A stretch of 64,000 bases of DNA from Deltaproteobacteria bacterium RIFCSPLOWO2_02_FULL_50_16 (GTDB lineage: Bacteria; UBA10199; 2-02-FULL-50-16). A model generated the notes under the pieces. The model saw only the letters and a list, made by a program, of their open reading frames with translations, was not told the origin of the DNA and did not search any database. Below are positions 41,113 through 52,757 of this stretch, piece after piece (within the stretch, counting starts at the first letter, position 1; every line of letters starts with the position of its first letter). A program made the position numbers and the translations under genes. The stretch spans positions 18,576 through 82,575 of the forward strand of contig MGSF01000045.1 of NCBI GenBank assembly GCA_001798715.1, written 5' to 3'.

Positions 41113-42009
41113 ATGGGGGCCATGGAAAATTGGGTGGGGCATTTTGGAGAGTGGTTAAGGCATGAGAAAAGGGCCTCATCGCATACGGTGTCTAATTATT
41201 TGAGGGATTTGGGTCAATTCCAGATTTTTCTTGCTCAAAGACATCCCGAATGTATCCAGCAGGGTTTTTTGTCTCCCAAGAAGATAGAGGTCCTTCATAT
41301 CCGCAATTATCTTGTCGAGGCCTTGAAGGCATGCAAGGCGGTATCCGTTGCCCGAAAATTGGCCTCCCTGCGTTCATTTTTTCGCTTCTTGATGCGACAA
41401 GGGTTTTTAGAAACGAATCCTGCCAAAGAGATTAGGGGTCCCAAATTACCCAAACAACTCCCGCATTTTTTGTCCGTCGATGAGGTTTTTCGTCTCCTTG
41501 AGACGCCGGATCGAATGCAGTGGAGGGGGTGTCGCGATGGGGCTATTTTAGAGGTCTTGTATAGTTCGGGTCTTCGCGTCAGCGAATTGATTCATCTGGA
41601 TCGCGAACATATCAATTTGAAAGAAGGCTGGGTCCGAGTGGTCGGGAAGGGGAACAAGGAGAGACTTGTTCCCCTGGGTCAAAAAGCCGTTTCGGCGCTC
41701 AAGATGTGGTTGTCCGATCAACGGCGGCTGGGGGAGGAGGTCTTTGTCAATGAAAGAGGGAGGAGATTGACGGTGAGGACCATTGAAAGGGTGGTTCAGA
41801 AGTATGTCATCCAATGTGGGATCATGAAGACGGTGACCCCTCATACTTTAAGACATTCTTTTGCCACCCATTTGTTGGAGGGGGGGGCCGATTTGCGGGG
41901 GATTCAGGAGCTCTTGGGTCATTCGAGTCTGTCCACCACACAAAAATATACGCATGTGACGATGGATCAAATTATGAAGGAGTATGACAAGGCCCATCCA
42001 AAGGCCTGA
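41113..42009 (+). CDS. xerC: Tyrosine recombinase XerC (CodV-like)
   Basis: R..H.R..Y catalytic residues ([39 protein letters not shown]). Sits between trmFO and hslVU as in the gid-codV-clpQY arrangement. Confidence 0.85.
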   Translation: MGAMENWVGHFGEWLRHEKRASSHTVSNYLRDLGQFQIFLAQRHPECIQQGFLSPKKIEVLHIRNYLVEALKACKAVSVARKLASLRSFFRFLMRQGFLETNPAKEIRGPKLPKQLPHFLSVDEVFRLLETPDRMQWRGCRDGAILEVLYSSGLRVSELIHLDREHINLKEGWVRVVGKGNKERLVPLGQKAVSALKMWLSDQRRLGEEVFVNERGRRLTVRTIERVVQKYVIQCGIMKTVTPHTLRHSFATHLLEGGADLRGIQELLGHSSLSTTQKYTHVTMDQIMKEYDKAHPKA

Positions 42010-42034
42010 CAGGACGTTGAGAAAGGGGCGGTCT

Positions 42035-42571
42035 ATGAAATCTAAAATCAGGTCAACGACGATTATCGCTGTTCTCCGCGAAGGCCGATTGGCCTTTGCC
42101 GGTGACGGTCAAGTGACCTTGGGAAATGCCGTCATTAAGAGCAAGGCCATCAAGATTCGCACGATGTATCAGGACAAGATCATTGCCGGGTTTGCAGGAT
42201 CAACGGCGGACGCCTTTACCCTCTTTGAAAAGTTTGAGGTCAAGCTGGAGGAGTATGGCGGCAATATTGTTCGGGCGGCGGTGGAACTGGCCAAGGAGTG
42301 GCGGACCGACAAGATACTCAGGCGATTGGAGGCCCTGTTGCTGGTGGGGGACAAGGCCAAGATCCTGACCATTTCTGGCAACGGGGATGTCATTGAGACA
42401 GACGATGGTATTGCGGCTATTGGTTCAGGGGCGAGTTATGCCCTGGCGGCGGCACGGGCCTTAAAGGAACATTCAAAATTATCGGCTAAGGAGATGGTAG
42501 AGGTTTCTCTCAAGATAGCGGCCGATATTTGTATTTATACGAATGATCATATTGTTGTTAAGGAATTGTAG
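42035..42571 (+). CDS. hslV: ATP-dependent protease subunit HslV (CodW-like, with a short N-terminal propeptide)
   Basis: [13 protein letters not shown]...[20 protein letters not shown]. The catalytic Thr is preceded by 7 residues, as in Bacillus CodW. Confidence 0.9.
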   Translation: MKSKIRSTTIIAVLREGRLAFAGDGQVTLGNAVIKSKAIKIRTMYQDKIIAGFAGSTADAFTLFEKFEVKLEEYGGNIVRAAVELAKEWRTDKILRRLEALLLVGDKAKILTISGNGDVIETDDGIAAIGSGASYALAAARALKEHSKLSAKEMVEVSLKIAADICIYTNDHIVVKEL

Positions 42572-42583
42572 AAAGGAAGACGA

Positions 42584-43954
42584 ATGACATTGTTGAATCC
42601 CATGACTCCACGAGAGATTGTTTCTGAATTAGATAAATATATTATTGGTCAATCAAAGGCCAAGAGGGCCGTTTCTATAGCCCTGAGAAACCGTTGGCGA
42701 CGCCAACAGGTCGATAAAAGTCTCCGGGATGAGATTGCCCCAAAAAATATTATTATGATTGGGCCCACAGGGGTCGGGAAGACAGAGATTGCGAGGCGAT
42801 TGGCACGTCTTGCCAATGCCCCTTTTATCAAGGTTGAGGCCTCAAAATTTACTGAAGTCGGTTATGTGGGCAAGGATGTCGAAAGCATGATCCGTGAATT
42901 GATGGATTATGGGGTCAAAATAGTGCGCGAGGAAGAGCAGGCCCGGGTTCAGGTCAGGGCTCAGGAACTGGCTGAGGAGCGCTTGCTGGACATTTTATTA
43001 CCTCCCCTGCCTAAGAAACGTCCGGGGAGTGTTGTGAGTGGTGAGGAGGCGGTCAAGGGCGAAAAAGAAGAGCAAGATAACGCCCGCGAAAAGATGCGGG
43101 AGCTTTTAAGGGGAGGACGGCTTGATGACCGTGTTGTCGAATTGGACTTGACCTCCCAGCCGACTCATATGATTGAGGTGATTTCGGCAGGAGGGTTGGA
43201 AGACTTGGGTATGAATTTGAGGGAAATGCTCGGGAGTATGATGCCCAAATCCAAAAAGAGGCGAAAAATAAAGGTATCAGAGGCCCGAGTGATCTTGATT
43301 CAGGATGAGGCCTCCCGACTCATCGACATGGATGAGGTCATCAAGAAGGCCATCGAACTGGTAGAACAAAATGGCATCATATTTTTGGATGAAGTTGACA
43401 AGATTGCGGGACGGGAGGGGGGACATGGGCCGGAGGTTTCACGGGAGGGGGTTCAAAGAGATCTCCTTCCGATCGTTGAAGGTTCCAATGTCAATACCAA
43501 GTACGGGATCGTGAAAACAGATCATATATTGTTCATTGCGGCGGGGGCTTTTCATGTGTCAAAACCCTCCGATCTTATCCCGGAGTTTCAGGGGCGTTTT
43601 CCTATTCGGGTGGAACTCGATTCTCTCACGAAAGACGATTTCTTGAGGATCCTCCTAGAACCCAAGAATTCATTAGTAAAGCAATGTAAGGCCCTGTTGA
43701 AAACCGAGGGACTGACCGTTGAATTTTCTAAGGATGCCGTGTTGGAAATGTGTGAATTTGCGGCACTGGTCAATTCTCAGACAGAAAATATTGGGGCGAG
43801 ACGTCTTCATACCATTATGGAGCGCGTTTTAGATGAGATCTCTTTTGAGGCCCCGGAAAGGTCGTGTAAAGAGATATTGGTGGATGGGAAATATGTCAGG
43901 GAGAGGCTTAGGGATATTGTTAAAGACAAGGATTTGAGTCGATATATACTGTAG
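42584..43954 (+). CDS. hslU: ATP-dependent protease ATPase subunit HslU
   Basis: AAA+ Walker [16 protein letters not shown], 456 aa. Confidence 0.95.
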   Translation: MTLLNPMTPREIVSELDKYIIGQSKAKRAVSIALRNRWRRQQVDKSLRDEIAPKNIIMIGPTGVGKTEIARRLARLANAPFIKVEASKFTEVGYVGKDVESMIRELMDYGVKIVREEEQARVQVRAQELAEERLLDILLPPLPKKRPGSVVSGEEAVKGEKEEQDNAREKMRELLRGGRLDDRVVELDLTSQPTHMIEVISAGGLEDLGMNLREMLGSMMPKSKKRRKIKVSEARVILIQDEASRLIDMDEVIKKAIELVEQNGIIFLDEVDKIAGREGGHGPEVSREGVQRDLLPIVEGSNVNTKYGIVKTDHILFIAAGAFHVSKPSDLIPEFQGRFPIRVELDSLTKDDFLRILLEPKNSLVKQCKALLKTEGLTVEFSKDAVLEMCEFAALVNSQTENIGARRLHTIMERVLDEISFEAPERSCKEILVDGKYVRERLRDIVKDKDLSRYIL

Positions 43955-44038
43955 AAAACCCTTCTGATTTTTTTCAATGGTCAGAAGGGATGTTTTAAGA
44001 TATTAACAGGACCGGCTGTGAGTACTGAAGGATAATCT

Positions 44039-44923
44039 ATGGAAAAGGCGATTTTAAAGGCCTCTGTTTTGATGGAGGCCCTTCCCTATATTCGGAAGTT
44101 TTACGGAAAGACCATTGTGGTCAAGTATGGGGGGAGCGCCATGGTGGATGAGACCCTGAAGGAGAGTTTTACCCAAGATATTACCTTGATGAAGTATATT
44201 GGTCTTAATCCTGTGATTGTTCATGGAGGGGGGCCGCAGATTGGTGAGGTCTTGGCCAAGATGGGAATCGAGTCCAAATTTCATAACGGGATGCGCATCA
44301 CTGATGAAGCCACCATGGATGTTGTCGAAATGGTCCTTGTGGGTAAAATCAACAAAGAGATTGTCAGTTTTATCAATAGGCATGGGGGCAAGGCCGTCGG
44401 GGTCTCGGGGAAGGACGGGGGGCTGATTCAGGCGGAGAGACTGCCTCCAGAAAAAATAAAAGTCGCCAAAAGGGCCCCTGAAATTATCGATTTGGGACGT
44501 GTGGGACGTGTCAGTGCCATCAATCCTCAGGTCATTGAGACCCTGTCTCAGCAGAATTTTATCCCCATTGTGGCCCCTGTGGGTGTTTCGGAGGAGGGGG
44601 AGACACTCAATATCAATGCCGACTATGTGGCCGGTGCCATTGCCAAGGCCCTCGTCGCCGAAAAACTGGTCTTGTTGACGGATGTTGAGGGAGTCAAAGG
44701 TCAGGAAGAAAAAGTGATCTCAAAACTAAACGATCAAGAGGCCGAGAAGATGATCAAGAATGGTGTTGTCTCGGGGGGCATGATTCCCAAGGTGAAATGT
44801 GCACTGGAGGCCATTCGATCGGGAGTGAAGACAGCTCATATTATTGATGGGAGGGTCCAGCATGCGGTCCTTCTTGAAATATTTACGGATGAGGGCGTGG
44901 GGACCGTCATCAGTCACTCATGA
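44039..44923 (+). CDS. argB: Acetylglutamate kinase
   Basis: VVKYGGSAM and VHGGGPQI motifs. Confidence 0.9.
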   Translation: MEKAILKASVLMEALPYIRKFYGKTIVVKYGGSAMVDETLKESFTQDITLMKYIGLNPVIVHGGGPQIGEVLAKMGIESKFHNGMRITDEATMDVVEMVLVGKINKEIVSFINRHGGKAVGVSGKDGGLIQAERLPPEKIKVAKRAPEIIDLGRVGRVSAINPQVIETLSQQNFIPIVAPVGVSEEGETLNINADYVAGAIAKALVAEKLVLLTDVEGVKGQEEKVISKLNDQEAEKMIKNGVVSGGMIPKVKCALEAIRSGVKTAHIIDGRVQHAVLLEIFTDEGVGTVISHS

Positions 44924-46119
44924 AATCATCAACACAAGACATTATTGATTGCACCCATCAATGTGTCATGAATACATACGCCAGACTCCCCGTGGTTCTT
45001 GAAAAGGGAAAGGGGGCGTATGTATGGGATGTGGACGGAAAGAGGTATCTTGATTTCTTTTCCGGTCTTGCCGTTAATAATCTGGGTCATCAACACCCCC
45101 GTGTCAACTACGCCTTGGCGAGGCAGATCCAAAAACTGACTCATGTCAGCAATCTTTTTTATACGGCACCCCAAGCTCATCTGGCCCAATTGCTGGTAAG
45201 GTCTTCTTTTGCCGATAAAGTGTTTTTTTGCAACAGTGGGGCGGAGGCCAACGAGGGGGCCGTCAAGCTGGCTCGATTGTATTCCAAAAAGAATTTTGGC
45301 GACAATCGCTATGAGATTATAACGATGATCAATTCATTTCATGGCCGGACCCTAGGCATGATTTCGGCCTCCGGCCAAGAAAGGCTTCGAAAGGGATTTG
45401 AGCCCGTCATGCCGGGGTTTGTCTATGCCCCTTTCGGAGATATTGAGGGGATCAAAAAGGCGATGACGGCGAGGACATGCGCTATCATGCTTGAGCCTAT
45501 TCAGGGAGAGGGTGGAGTTCGGGTGGCCTCGGATGATTTTTTCAAGGAGTTGAGGGATCTCTGTCATGAAAATAAGCTCTTGTTGATTTTTGATGAGGTG
45601 CAGACAGGTATGGGTCGTACGGGAAGGCTCTTTGCCTATGAGAATTATGATATCTCACCCGATATTATGACACTGGCCAAGGGTCTTGCCTCGGGTGTTC
45701 CTATAGGGGCGGTGTGTGCACGAGATTTTGTTGCCGAGGCCTTTGAGCCCGGTCATCATGCCGCCACATTTGGCGGCAATGCCCTGGCGACCAGCGCCGG
45801 AATCGCGACGTTGGAGACCATAAAAGAGGAAAAATTGTTGGAGAATTGCCTTGAAATGAGTCGGTATTTTTTCGAAAAACTGAATTCCCTAAAAAAACAA
45901 TATCCCCTGATTCAAGAGGTGAGGGGCAAGGGTTTGCTGATTGCCCTGGATTGTGACCGGCCCGTCAAACCTATTTTAAACATGTGCCTTGCCAAGGGTT
46001 TGCTTCTGAATGTTGTTCAGGAAAAAGTGCTTCGCATTTTGCCTCCACTTATTGTAAAGAAGAAACACATCGATGAGGCTATAGATATCATGAATCGCGT
46101 TTTTCAAGAGGTCGATTAA
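44920..46119 (+). CDS. argD: Acetylornithine aminotransferase
   Basis: Class III aminotransferase with PLP lysine context DIMTLAKGL. 4-nt overlap with argB. Confidence 0.85.
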   Translation: MKSSTQDIIDCTHQCVMNTYARLPVVLEKGKGAYVWDVDGKRYLDFFSGLAVNNLGHQHPRVNYALARQIQKLTHVSNLFYTAPQAHLAQLLVRSSFADKVFFCNSGAEANEGAVKLARLYSKKNFGDNRYEIITMINSFHGRTLGMISASGQERLRKGFEPVMPGFVYAPFGDIEGIKKAMTARTCAIMLEPIQGEGGVRVASDDFFKELRDLCHENKLLLIFDEVQTGMGRTGRLFAYENYDISPDIMTLAKGLASGVPIGAVCARDFVAEAFEPGHHAATFGGNALATSAGIATLETIKEEKLLENCLEMSRYFFEKLNSLKKQYPLIQEVRGKGLLIALDCDRPVKPILNMCLAKGLLLNVVQEKVLRILPPLIVKKKHIDEAIDIMNRVFQEVD

Positions 46120-46122
46120 ATA

Positions 46123-47046
46123 ATGAAAAAGGATTTGTTGAGTTTGCTGGATCTCAGTCATGAGGATATTGAAAAAATTCTCTCTCGGGCCGCTTTTTAT
46201 AAAAAAAACAGGAAAAAGAGAAAAAACGCCACCCTTTTAAAAGGCCAATCGATAGCCCTTATTTTTGAAAAGGCCTCCACACGCACGAAGGTCTCCTTTT
46301 CAGTGGCCATCCACCAACTGGGCGGTCATGTTGTCGAGCTTGATGAAAAGGGATCCCAGCTGGGTCGCGGAGAAACCTACATGGATACCGCAAGAGTCCT
46401 TGCCGGGTATGTGGATGCCATTGTCTGTCGTACCTACGCCCAAAATAATCTCGAACAAATGGCCCACAGCGTTTCCATTCCGGTGATTAATGCCTTGTCG
46501 GATTTGTACCATCCCTGTCAGGTCTTGGCCGATCTGCTGACTCTTCAAGGTCACAAACGGAATTTCTTGGATCAAAAGGTTGTCTATTTGGGCGATGGCA
46601 ATAATATGGCCAATACCTGGATCACAGCGGCCATGGTCCTGGGGTTTCCCTTGGTGGTGGCCACTCCCAGGGGATTTGAACCCCCCGCGGCGATCTTAAA
46701 ACACCTTCATCAGCAGGCCTCCGATTCCATTACCCTCTTGAATGATCCCTATAAGGCCGTACAGGGGGCCGATGTTATTTATACCGATACCTGGTTTAGC
46801 ATGGGGCAGGAGGTGAGCCGGGAAAAAAAAGAGGCCTTTCAGGGTTTTCAAGTCAACCAAGAATTGTTAAAGAAGGCCAATAAGAATGCCATCGTTTTGC
46901 ATTGCTTGCCGGCCCATCGTAATGAGGAAATTACCAGTGAGGTCATGGATGGGCCTCAATCCAGGATTTTTGAAGAGGCTGAAAATAGACTTTATGTTCA
47001 AAAGGCGATTTTAGAAATCATTTTACTAACGAGAAACAAAGTATAA
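46123..47046 (+). CDS. argF: Ornithine carbamoyltransferase
   Basis: STRTR, HPCQ and HCLP motifs. Confidence 0.9.
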   Translation: MKKDLLSLLDLSHEDIEKILSRAAFYKKNRKKRKNATLLKGQSIALIFEKASTRTKVSFSVAIHQLGGHVVELDEKGSQLGRGETYMDTARVLAGYVDAIVCRTYAQNNLEQMAHSVSIPVINALSDLYHPCQVLADLLTLQGHKRNFLDQKVVYLGDGNNMANTWITAAMVLGFPLVVATPRGFEPPAAILKHLHQQASDSITLLNDPYKAVQGADVIYTDTWFSMGQEVSREKKEAFQGFQVNQELLKKANKNAIVLHCLPAHRNEEITSEVMDGPQSRIFEEAENRLYVQKAILEIILLTRNKV

Positions 47047-47142
47047 AAACATTCCTTCACAAAAAACCTTTTGTTTCTCATAGTACTAGCCGACCTTTAT
47101 TATAGACACTAATGATCGGCTTAGTAAAAAGGTAAGGGGGTT

Positions 47143-48363
47143 ATGAAGAAAAAAGCATTAAAAAATGGAAAAAAGATTGTCTTGGCCTATTCGGGAGGGC
47201 TCGACACCTCGGTCATTATCCGATGGCTCATAGAAAATTATCATTGCGAGGTGATTGCCTTTATCGCTGATTTGGGACAGCGGGATGACAATTTGAACGC
47301 CGTCAAGAAGAAGGCCCTCAACACAGGCGCGACAAAGGCCATTGTCCGGGATTTAAGAGAGACCTTTGTTCGGGATTATGTCTTTTCCATGCTTCGAGGC
47401 AATGCCACATATGAGGGGGGTTATCTCTTGGGCACATCCATCGCGCGTCCCTTGATTGCCAAGGAACAGATTGCCGTGGCAGAGCAGGAAAAGGCCTTAG
47501 CCGTTTCTCATGGGGCGACGGGTAAGGGGAATGATCAAGTGCGGTTTGAGTTGGCCTATCATGCCTTGGCCCCTCGGGTGCAGGTGATCGCCCCCTGGCG
47601 CGAATGGGATTTTCGATCCCGGTCCGATCTTGTTCGTTATGCGCAAAGACACAATATTCCTGTCCCCGTGACAAAGGCCAAGCCCTACAGCTCGGATGCC
47701 AATCTTTTCCATATTAGTTACGAGGGGGGAGTCCTGGAGGATCCGTGGACACCCGCTCCCCGCAATATGTTTCAAATGACGGTGGATCCGGAGAAGGCCC
47801 CCCATCGGTCGCAAGAGATTACCCTTGATTATAAGCAGGGGAATCCTGTGGCCCTGAATGGAAAGACCGGCTCTCCTTTTAAGCTTTTGAGCCGTCTGAA
47901 TAAGATTGCCGGGGCCCATGGGATTGGACGGATCGATTTGGTCGAGAATCGATATGTGGGTATGAAGAGTCGGGGGGTCTATGAGACACCCGGAGGCACG
48001 GTATTGCATGTGGCCCATCGTGCCTTAGAGTCGATTACGATGGATCGAGAGGTTATGCATCTTCGGGATACCCTGATCCCCCGGTATGCAGAGATGATTT
48101 ATTATGGATACTGGTTCTCTCCGGAGCGGAGGCTCCTCCAGTCCTTCATGGATGAATCGCAGAAAAATGTGACGGGACGGGTCAGGCTTAAGCTTTATAA
48201 AGGCAATTGTATTGTCATGGGCCGGCGTTCTCCAAAATCCCTTTTTGATGAGGCCATGGCGACCTTTGAAAAAGATACGGTCTATGACCAGCACGATGCC
48301 GAGGGTTTTATTCGTCTGAATGCCCTCCGGCTCAAGATTCAGTCCCTCTTGAGAAGGTCCTAG
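47143..48363 (+). CDS. argG: Argininosuccinate synthase
   Basis: [11 protein letters not shown]-loop, 406 aa. Confidence 0.95.
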   Translation: MKKKALKNGKKIVLAYSGGLDTSVIIRWLIENYHCEVIAFIADLGQRDDNLNAVKKKALNTGATKAIVRDLRETFVRDYVFSMLRGNATYEGGYLLGTSIARPLIAKEQIAVAEQEKALAVSHGATGKGNDQVRFELAYHALAPRVQVIAPWREWDFRSRSDLVRYAQRHNIPVPVTKAKPYSSDANLFHISYEGGVLEDPWTPAPRNMFQMTVDPEKAPHRSQEITLDYKQGNPVALNGKTGSPFKLLSRLNKIAGAHGIGRIDLVENRYVGMKSRGVYETPGGTVLHVAHRALESITMDREVMHLRDTLIPRYAEMIYYGYWFSPERRLLQSFMDESQKNVTGRVRLKLYKGNCIVMGRRSPKSLFDEAMATFEKDTVYDQHDAEGFIRLNALRLKIQSLLRRS

Positions 48364-48481
48364 ATCCTCTGTAGGGGAAAAACATGACCTGAGTCAGCCG
48401 TGGATCCCCTTGACAGTCGAGGCGATGTCGGTTTATCGTCCGGCTCTCTTTTTCAATGTGATGAGGTCATAAGGAGAAAAA

Positions 48482-49621
48482 ATGCAAAAATATCGATTAT
48501 TTGCACCAGGGCCCACCCCCGTATCCGAGGCGACCTCCTTGGCCATGGCCCAACCCCTGATCCACCATCGCACCCAGGCCTTTGAAAAGGTCCTGGAGGA
48601 GGTTCGAGGGGGATTAAAATGGCTCTTCCAGACATCCCAAGAGGTCTTGATCTTCGCCTCTTCGGGTTCGGGGGCCATGGAGGGGGCCATCACAAACCTT
48701 TTATCCAAGGGGGATAAGGCTATCGTGGTCAACGGGGGAAAGTTTGGGGAGCGTTGGGGCAAGATCTGTCAGGCCTATGGGGTTTTGGTGGATGAAGTCA
48801 AGGTAGAATGGGGTCAGGCCGTCTCTCCTCAGGTGATAGCGGATCGGTTAAAAAAGGGGGGGGGATATAAGGCTGTTTTTTTTCAGGCCTCGGAGAGTTC
48901 TACGGGGGTTTATCATCCGGTTAAAGAGATTGCGGCCCTGACTCGGGGACATCCTGAGACCCTTTGCGTTGTGGATGCCATCTCGGCCCTAGGGGCCATG
49001 AACCTCCCCATGGATGAGTGGGGGGTCGATGTCTTGGTAGGGGGGTCACAAAAGGCCTTTGGGCTCCCTCCGGGATTGGCCTTTGCAGCCTTAAGTGTTA
49101 AGGCCTGGGGCCATGCTGAAAAAGGCACTCTACCCCGTTTTTATTTTGATTTTAAAAAAGAGAATAAATCGCTGCAAAAAAATCAAACGGCCTATACCCC
49201 TGCCGTGAGTTTGCTGATAGGGCTTGCGGAGGTCCTGCGTCGATTTCGGGAAGAGGGCCTGGAAAACCTTTTCAATCGCCATGCCCGTCTTGCAAAGGCG
49301 ATGCGGGCTGCCATGCAGGCCCTGGGTTTGAAATTGTATGCGGAAAAATCACCGGTGAATTCCCTGACGGCCGTGATGACTCCGGAAGGTGTGGATGGGC
49401 AAAAGGTTTATAAAACGCTTTCCGAAAAATATAATATGACGATTGCAGGGGGGCAGGATCAGGCCAAGGGCAAGATTTTTCGTATAGCCCATTTGGGGTA
49501 TTTTGACGATTTGGATGTTGTTTTGGCCGTGGCGGCCGTGGAATGGGCCCTGGCAGATCAGGGTTACAGGGTTGAGTTTGGAAAGGGTGTGGCGGCGGCG
49601 ATGGAGGTATTAAGGTCATGA
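48482..49621 (+). CDS. Class V (AGXT-like) PLP aminotransferase adjacent to serA (candidate serine-pathway aminotransferase)
   Basis: FAPGPTPVSEATSLAM..., class V fold, SD AAGGAG. Overlaps serA by 4 nt. Confidence 0.75.
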   Translation: MQKYRLFAPGPTPVSEATSLAMAQPLIHHRTQAFEKVLEEVRGGLKWLFQTSQEVLIFASSGSGAMEGAITNLLSKGDKAIVVNGGKFGERWGKICQAYGVLVDEVKVEWGQAVSPQVIADRLKKGGGYKAVFFQASESSTGVYHPVKEIAALTRGHPETLCVVDAISALGAMNLPMDEWGVDVLVGGSQKAFGLPPGLAFAALSVKAWGHAEKGTLPRFYFDFKKENKSLQKNQTAYTPAVSLLIGLAEVLRRFREEGLENLFNRHARLAKAMRAAMQALGLKLYAEKSPVNSLTAVMTPEGVDGQKVYKTLSEKYNMTIAGGQDQAKGKIFRIAHLGYFDDLDVVLAVAAVEWALADQGYRVEFGKGVAAAMEVLRS

Positions 49622-51210
49622 GGGTTCTTGTCAGTGATAAGCTTTCCGAAAGGGGCATGAAAATCCTTCAGGAGGGAAAGGGGATTTCAGTCGATGCGAA
49701 AACGGGATTGAAGCCGGAAGAGCTCATTAAGATTATCGGCGATTATGATGCCTTGGTGATACGGAGCAACACGAAGGTGACCCCTGAGATTGTGGAAGCG
49801 GCCACTCATCTCAAGGTCATCGGGCGGGCCGGGATTGGCGTGGACAATGTCGATCTTCCTTCGGCCTCCAAGAAGGGGATTGTGGTGATGAATACGCCCA
49901 CGGGAAATGCCGTGACGACGGCGGAGCATGCGATTGCCATGATGTTTGCCGTCTCGCGCAAAATTCCCCAGGCAACGGCCTCTCTTAAGGCGGGGAAGTG
50001 GGAAAAGAATCAGTTTACGGGTCGGGAACTGACAGGGAAGATCTTGGGGATCATTGGCGCGGGAAATATCGGAAAGATTGTCGCCAATCGTGCCTTGGGT
50101 CTCAAGATGCAGGTGATGGCCTTTGATCCCTTCCTCTCCAAAGAAGTGGCCGAAAAGATTGGGATCCAATCTGTGGGCCTTGATGAACTGGTCCAACGTT
50201 CTGATTATATCACCATTCACACACCCCTCAATGATAAGACTCGTGATTTGGTCAATGCGGCACTTTTCAAAAAAATGAAAAAAGGTGTCTTTGTCATCAA
50301 TTGTGCCCGTGGGGGGATTGTCAACGAAAAGGATTTAGAGGAGGCGATACGATCGGGCATCGTAGCGGGTGCTGCTTTAGACGTCTTTGTCAAGGAACCG
50401 CCTCCCGCCGATCATCCCCTCTTGCAGTTGGATCAAGTCGTTGTGACCCCCCATTTGGGGGCGGCCACGGGCGAGGCTCAAGAAAATGTGGCGACAGAGA
50501 TTGCGGCTCAAATCGTTGATTTTTTGGTCAATGGAACCATTACCAATGCTGTCAATGTTCCGAGCGTGAGCGGGGAAATGTTAAAGGTGATGCAGCCCTA
50601 CATTTCATTGGCAGAAAAGCTGGGGGGCTTACAGGGACAATTGACGGATCGACTGCCACAGGAACTGACCATCGAATATCGGGGGGATGTCACCCGATTT
50701 GACGGGCAGCCCTTGACGGCCGCCCTCCTGAAGGGATTTTTGTCCGCGATGATTGGCGACACCAATACAACGGTCAATTACGTCAATGCCCCCTATATTG
50801 CCAAGGATCGAGGACTTAAAATAGTCGAATCCAAGGTCAGTGAACATCAGGATTTTTCTAGTTTGATCACTCTGACTGTCAAAAGTGATCGGGAACAGTC
50901 CGTGGTCTCAGGGACGATTTTTGGGAAAACCAATCCTCGTATTGTTCAATGGAATGAATTTTATTTGGAGGCCAGTCCGGAAGGGCAGATCTTGGTGATT
51001 TACAATGAGGACGTTCCCGGCGTTATTGGGATGATCGGGACCTATCTTGGAGAGAAAAAGATCAACATATCCCGAATGCAATTAGGCCTGGGGGCGAAGG
51101 CCAAAAAGGCGGTGGGTTTTTTTAATGTTGAAGGCGGTGTGACGCCTGAAATTGTGGCAGGTCTTAAAAAATTGAAACATATCATCTCTGTTCATCATGT
51201 TTCTTTATAA
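49618..51210 (+). CDS. serA: D-3-phosphoglycerate dehydrogenase with C-terminal ACT domain
   Basis: NAD-binding GIIGAGNIG, catalytic region NCARGG, 530 aa long form. Confidence 0.9.
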   Translation: MRVLVSDKLSERGMKILQEGKGISVDAKTGLKPEELIKIIGDYDALVIRSNTKVTPEIVEAATHLKVIGRAGIGVDNVDLPSASKKGIVVMNTPTGNAVTTAEHAIAMMFAVSRKIPQATASLKAGKWEKNQFTGRELTGKILGIIGAGNIGKIVANRALGLKMQVMAFDPFLSKEVAEKIGIQSVGLDELVQRSDYITIHTPLNDKTRDLVNAALFKKMKKGVFVINCARGGIVNEKDLEEAIRSGIVAGAALDVFVKEPPPADHPLLQLDQVVVTPHLGAATGEAQENVATEIAAQIVDFLVNGTITNAVNVPSVSGEMLKVMQPYISLAEKLGGLQGQLTDRLPQELTIEYRGDVTRFDGQPLTAALLKGFLSAMIGDTNTTVNYVNAPYIAKDRGLKIVESKVSEHQDFSSLITLTVKSDREQSVVSGTIFGKTNPRIVQWNEFYLEASPEGQILVIYNEDVPGVIGMIGTYLGEKKINISRMQLGLGAKAKKAVGFFNVEGGVTPEIVAGLKKLKHIISVHHVSL

Positions 51211-51228
51211 AGAGGATTAAATATCGAT

Positions 51229-52518
51229 ATGACTAATGTTGTTGTCGTTGGGGCTCAATGGGGTGATGAAGGCAAGGGGAAGATTGTCGATTATTATACC
51301 CAAAAGGCCGACATTGTTTGTCGTTTTCAGGGCGGCAATAATGCGGGGCATACCCTCGTTGTCAATGGTCAAAAAACGGTTCTTCATCATATTCCCTCAG
51401 GTGTCTTTCACCGCCGTGTTCAGGGTGTCGTGGGCAATGGAGTGGTCATCGATCCCGAGGTTTGTGTCCAGGAAATCAATCATCTCAAGCAAATGGGTTA
51501 TCTAAAGACACAAAGGACTTTAAGTATCAGTTCCCTGGCGCATGTTATTATGCCTTATCATAAGTTGATTGATGAGCTTCGGGAGGAGAGAAAAGGGGCG
51601 GACAAGATTGGGACGACCAAAAGGGGTATTGGGCCTTGTTATGAGGACAAGGTCGGTCGTCGGGGCATACGCATGGGGGATCTCATCGATCCTCAGCTGT
51701 TTTATAAGCGCCTCAATGAGGTTCTCCCTGAAAAAAATGAATATATTGTCAAGGTCTTGGGGGGTGCTGCCCTTGATTTGGATGAGATGTATCAAAAATA
51801 TAAGAACAATGCCGCCGTGCTCAAACCTTATGTGACCAATGTCGTTCTGATGCTTCAAGGGGCCCTGCAAAGAAAAAAGAAGATCCTGTTTGAGGGGGCG
51901 CAGGGGGCCGCCTTGGATGTGGATCACGGGACCTATCCCTTTGTGACATCCTCCAATACTGTTTCTGGACAGGCCTGTGTAGGGGTGGGTATCGGGCCGA
52001 CACATATTGATGAGGTCATAGGGGTCACAAAGGCTTATACTACAAGGGTTGGAGGGGGCCCCTTTCCGACAGAGCTCCAGGACAAGGTTGGGGAACACTT
52101 GAGGGAGGAGGGGCATGAATATGGGGCCACGACGGGCCGTCCCAGGCGTTGTGGTTGGTTGGATATCCTGCAGCTCAGACAAGCCATTGCCATTAATGGA
52201 TTGACCTCCCTTGCGATGACGAAATTAGATGTATTCTCAGGCCTGGAAAATGTAAAGGTGTGCACCTCCTATCGCTACAGGGGCCGGGTGTTAAAGGAGT
52301 TTCCCGAAAACATTGAGATCTTGAGTCAGTGCGAACCTGTTTATCAAACTATGAAGGGTTGGAGGGTGGATATCTCCGATGTTCGTAAGAAGGCTCAATT
52401 GCCTAGCAGTGCCCAAAATTTTATTAAAAAGGTAGAGATGCTCCTTAAAGTTCCCATTGCCCTGGTTTCTGTAGGCCCCGCCAGAGACCAAAATATCATT
52501 TTTAAGAACATTTTCTAA
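51229..52518 (+). CDS. purA: Adenylosuccinate synthetase
   Basis: QWGDEGKGK P-loop, GGNNAGHT, 429 aa. Confidence 0.95.
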   Translation: MTNVVVVGAQWGDEGKGKIVDYYTQKADIVCRFQGGNNAGHTLVVNGQKTVLHHIPSGVFHRRVQGVVGNGVVIDPEVCVQEINHLKQMGYLKTQRTLSISSLAHVIMPYHKLIDELREERKGADKIGTTKRGIGPCYEDKVGRRGIRMGDLIDPQLFYKRLNEVLPEKNEYIVKVLGGAALDLDEMYQKYKNNAAVLKPYVTNVVLMLQGALQRKKKILFEGAQGAALDVDHGTYPFVTSSNTVSGQACVGVGIGPTHIDEVIGVTKAYTTRVGGGPFPTELQDKVGEHLREEGHEYGATTGRPRRCGWLDILQLRQAIAINGLTSLAMTKLDVFSGLENVKVCTSYRYRGRVLKEFPENIEILSQCEPVYQTMKGWRVDISDVRKKAQLPSSAQNFIKKVEMLLKVPIALVSVGPARDQNIIFKNIF

Positions 52519-52757
52519 ATCTGTGGATAAATCGAAAACTCAATGAACTTATTCGGGAAATTTCTATTGTCTATCCTGAGATTTTCGAAAGTTTGTAATA
52601 TCATCCTATTTTTTTTAAAGACGTCTGGATTTCATTTTTAAAGGCTTTCCCGTCATGACGCGTTGCCAGGCCTTGAACGGTCTGATTTAAAAAAAAGTGA
52701 ATAAATCCCGTGAATTCCTGTTGGCGGGTAGGATGAGAATGTGTACAATACTTCATC

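Noticed and set aside
41113-42009. Tyrosine recombinase as a phage or island integrase
   Set aside because: It sits in the conserved trmFO-xerC-hslVU housekeeping arrangement (the CodV position) and has no flanking phage-like genes or attachment repeats. Interpreted as chromosomal XerC.
43955-44038. ArgR/AhrC ARG-box operator upstream of argB inside the CCCTTCTGA...TCAGAAGGG hairpin
   Set aside because: The loop sequence TGATTTTTTTCAATGG only loosely resembles TGAAT-N4-ATTCA and is not palindromic. Insufficient to call.
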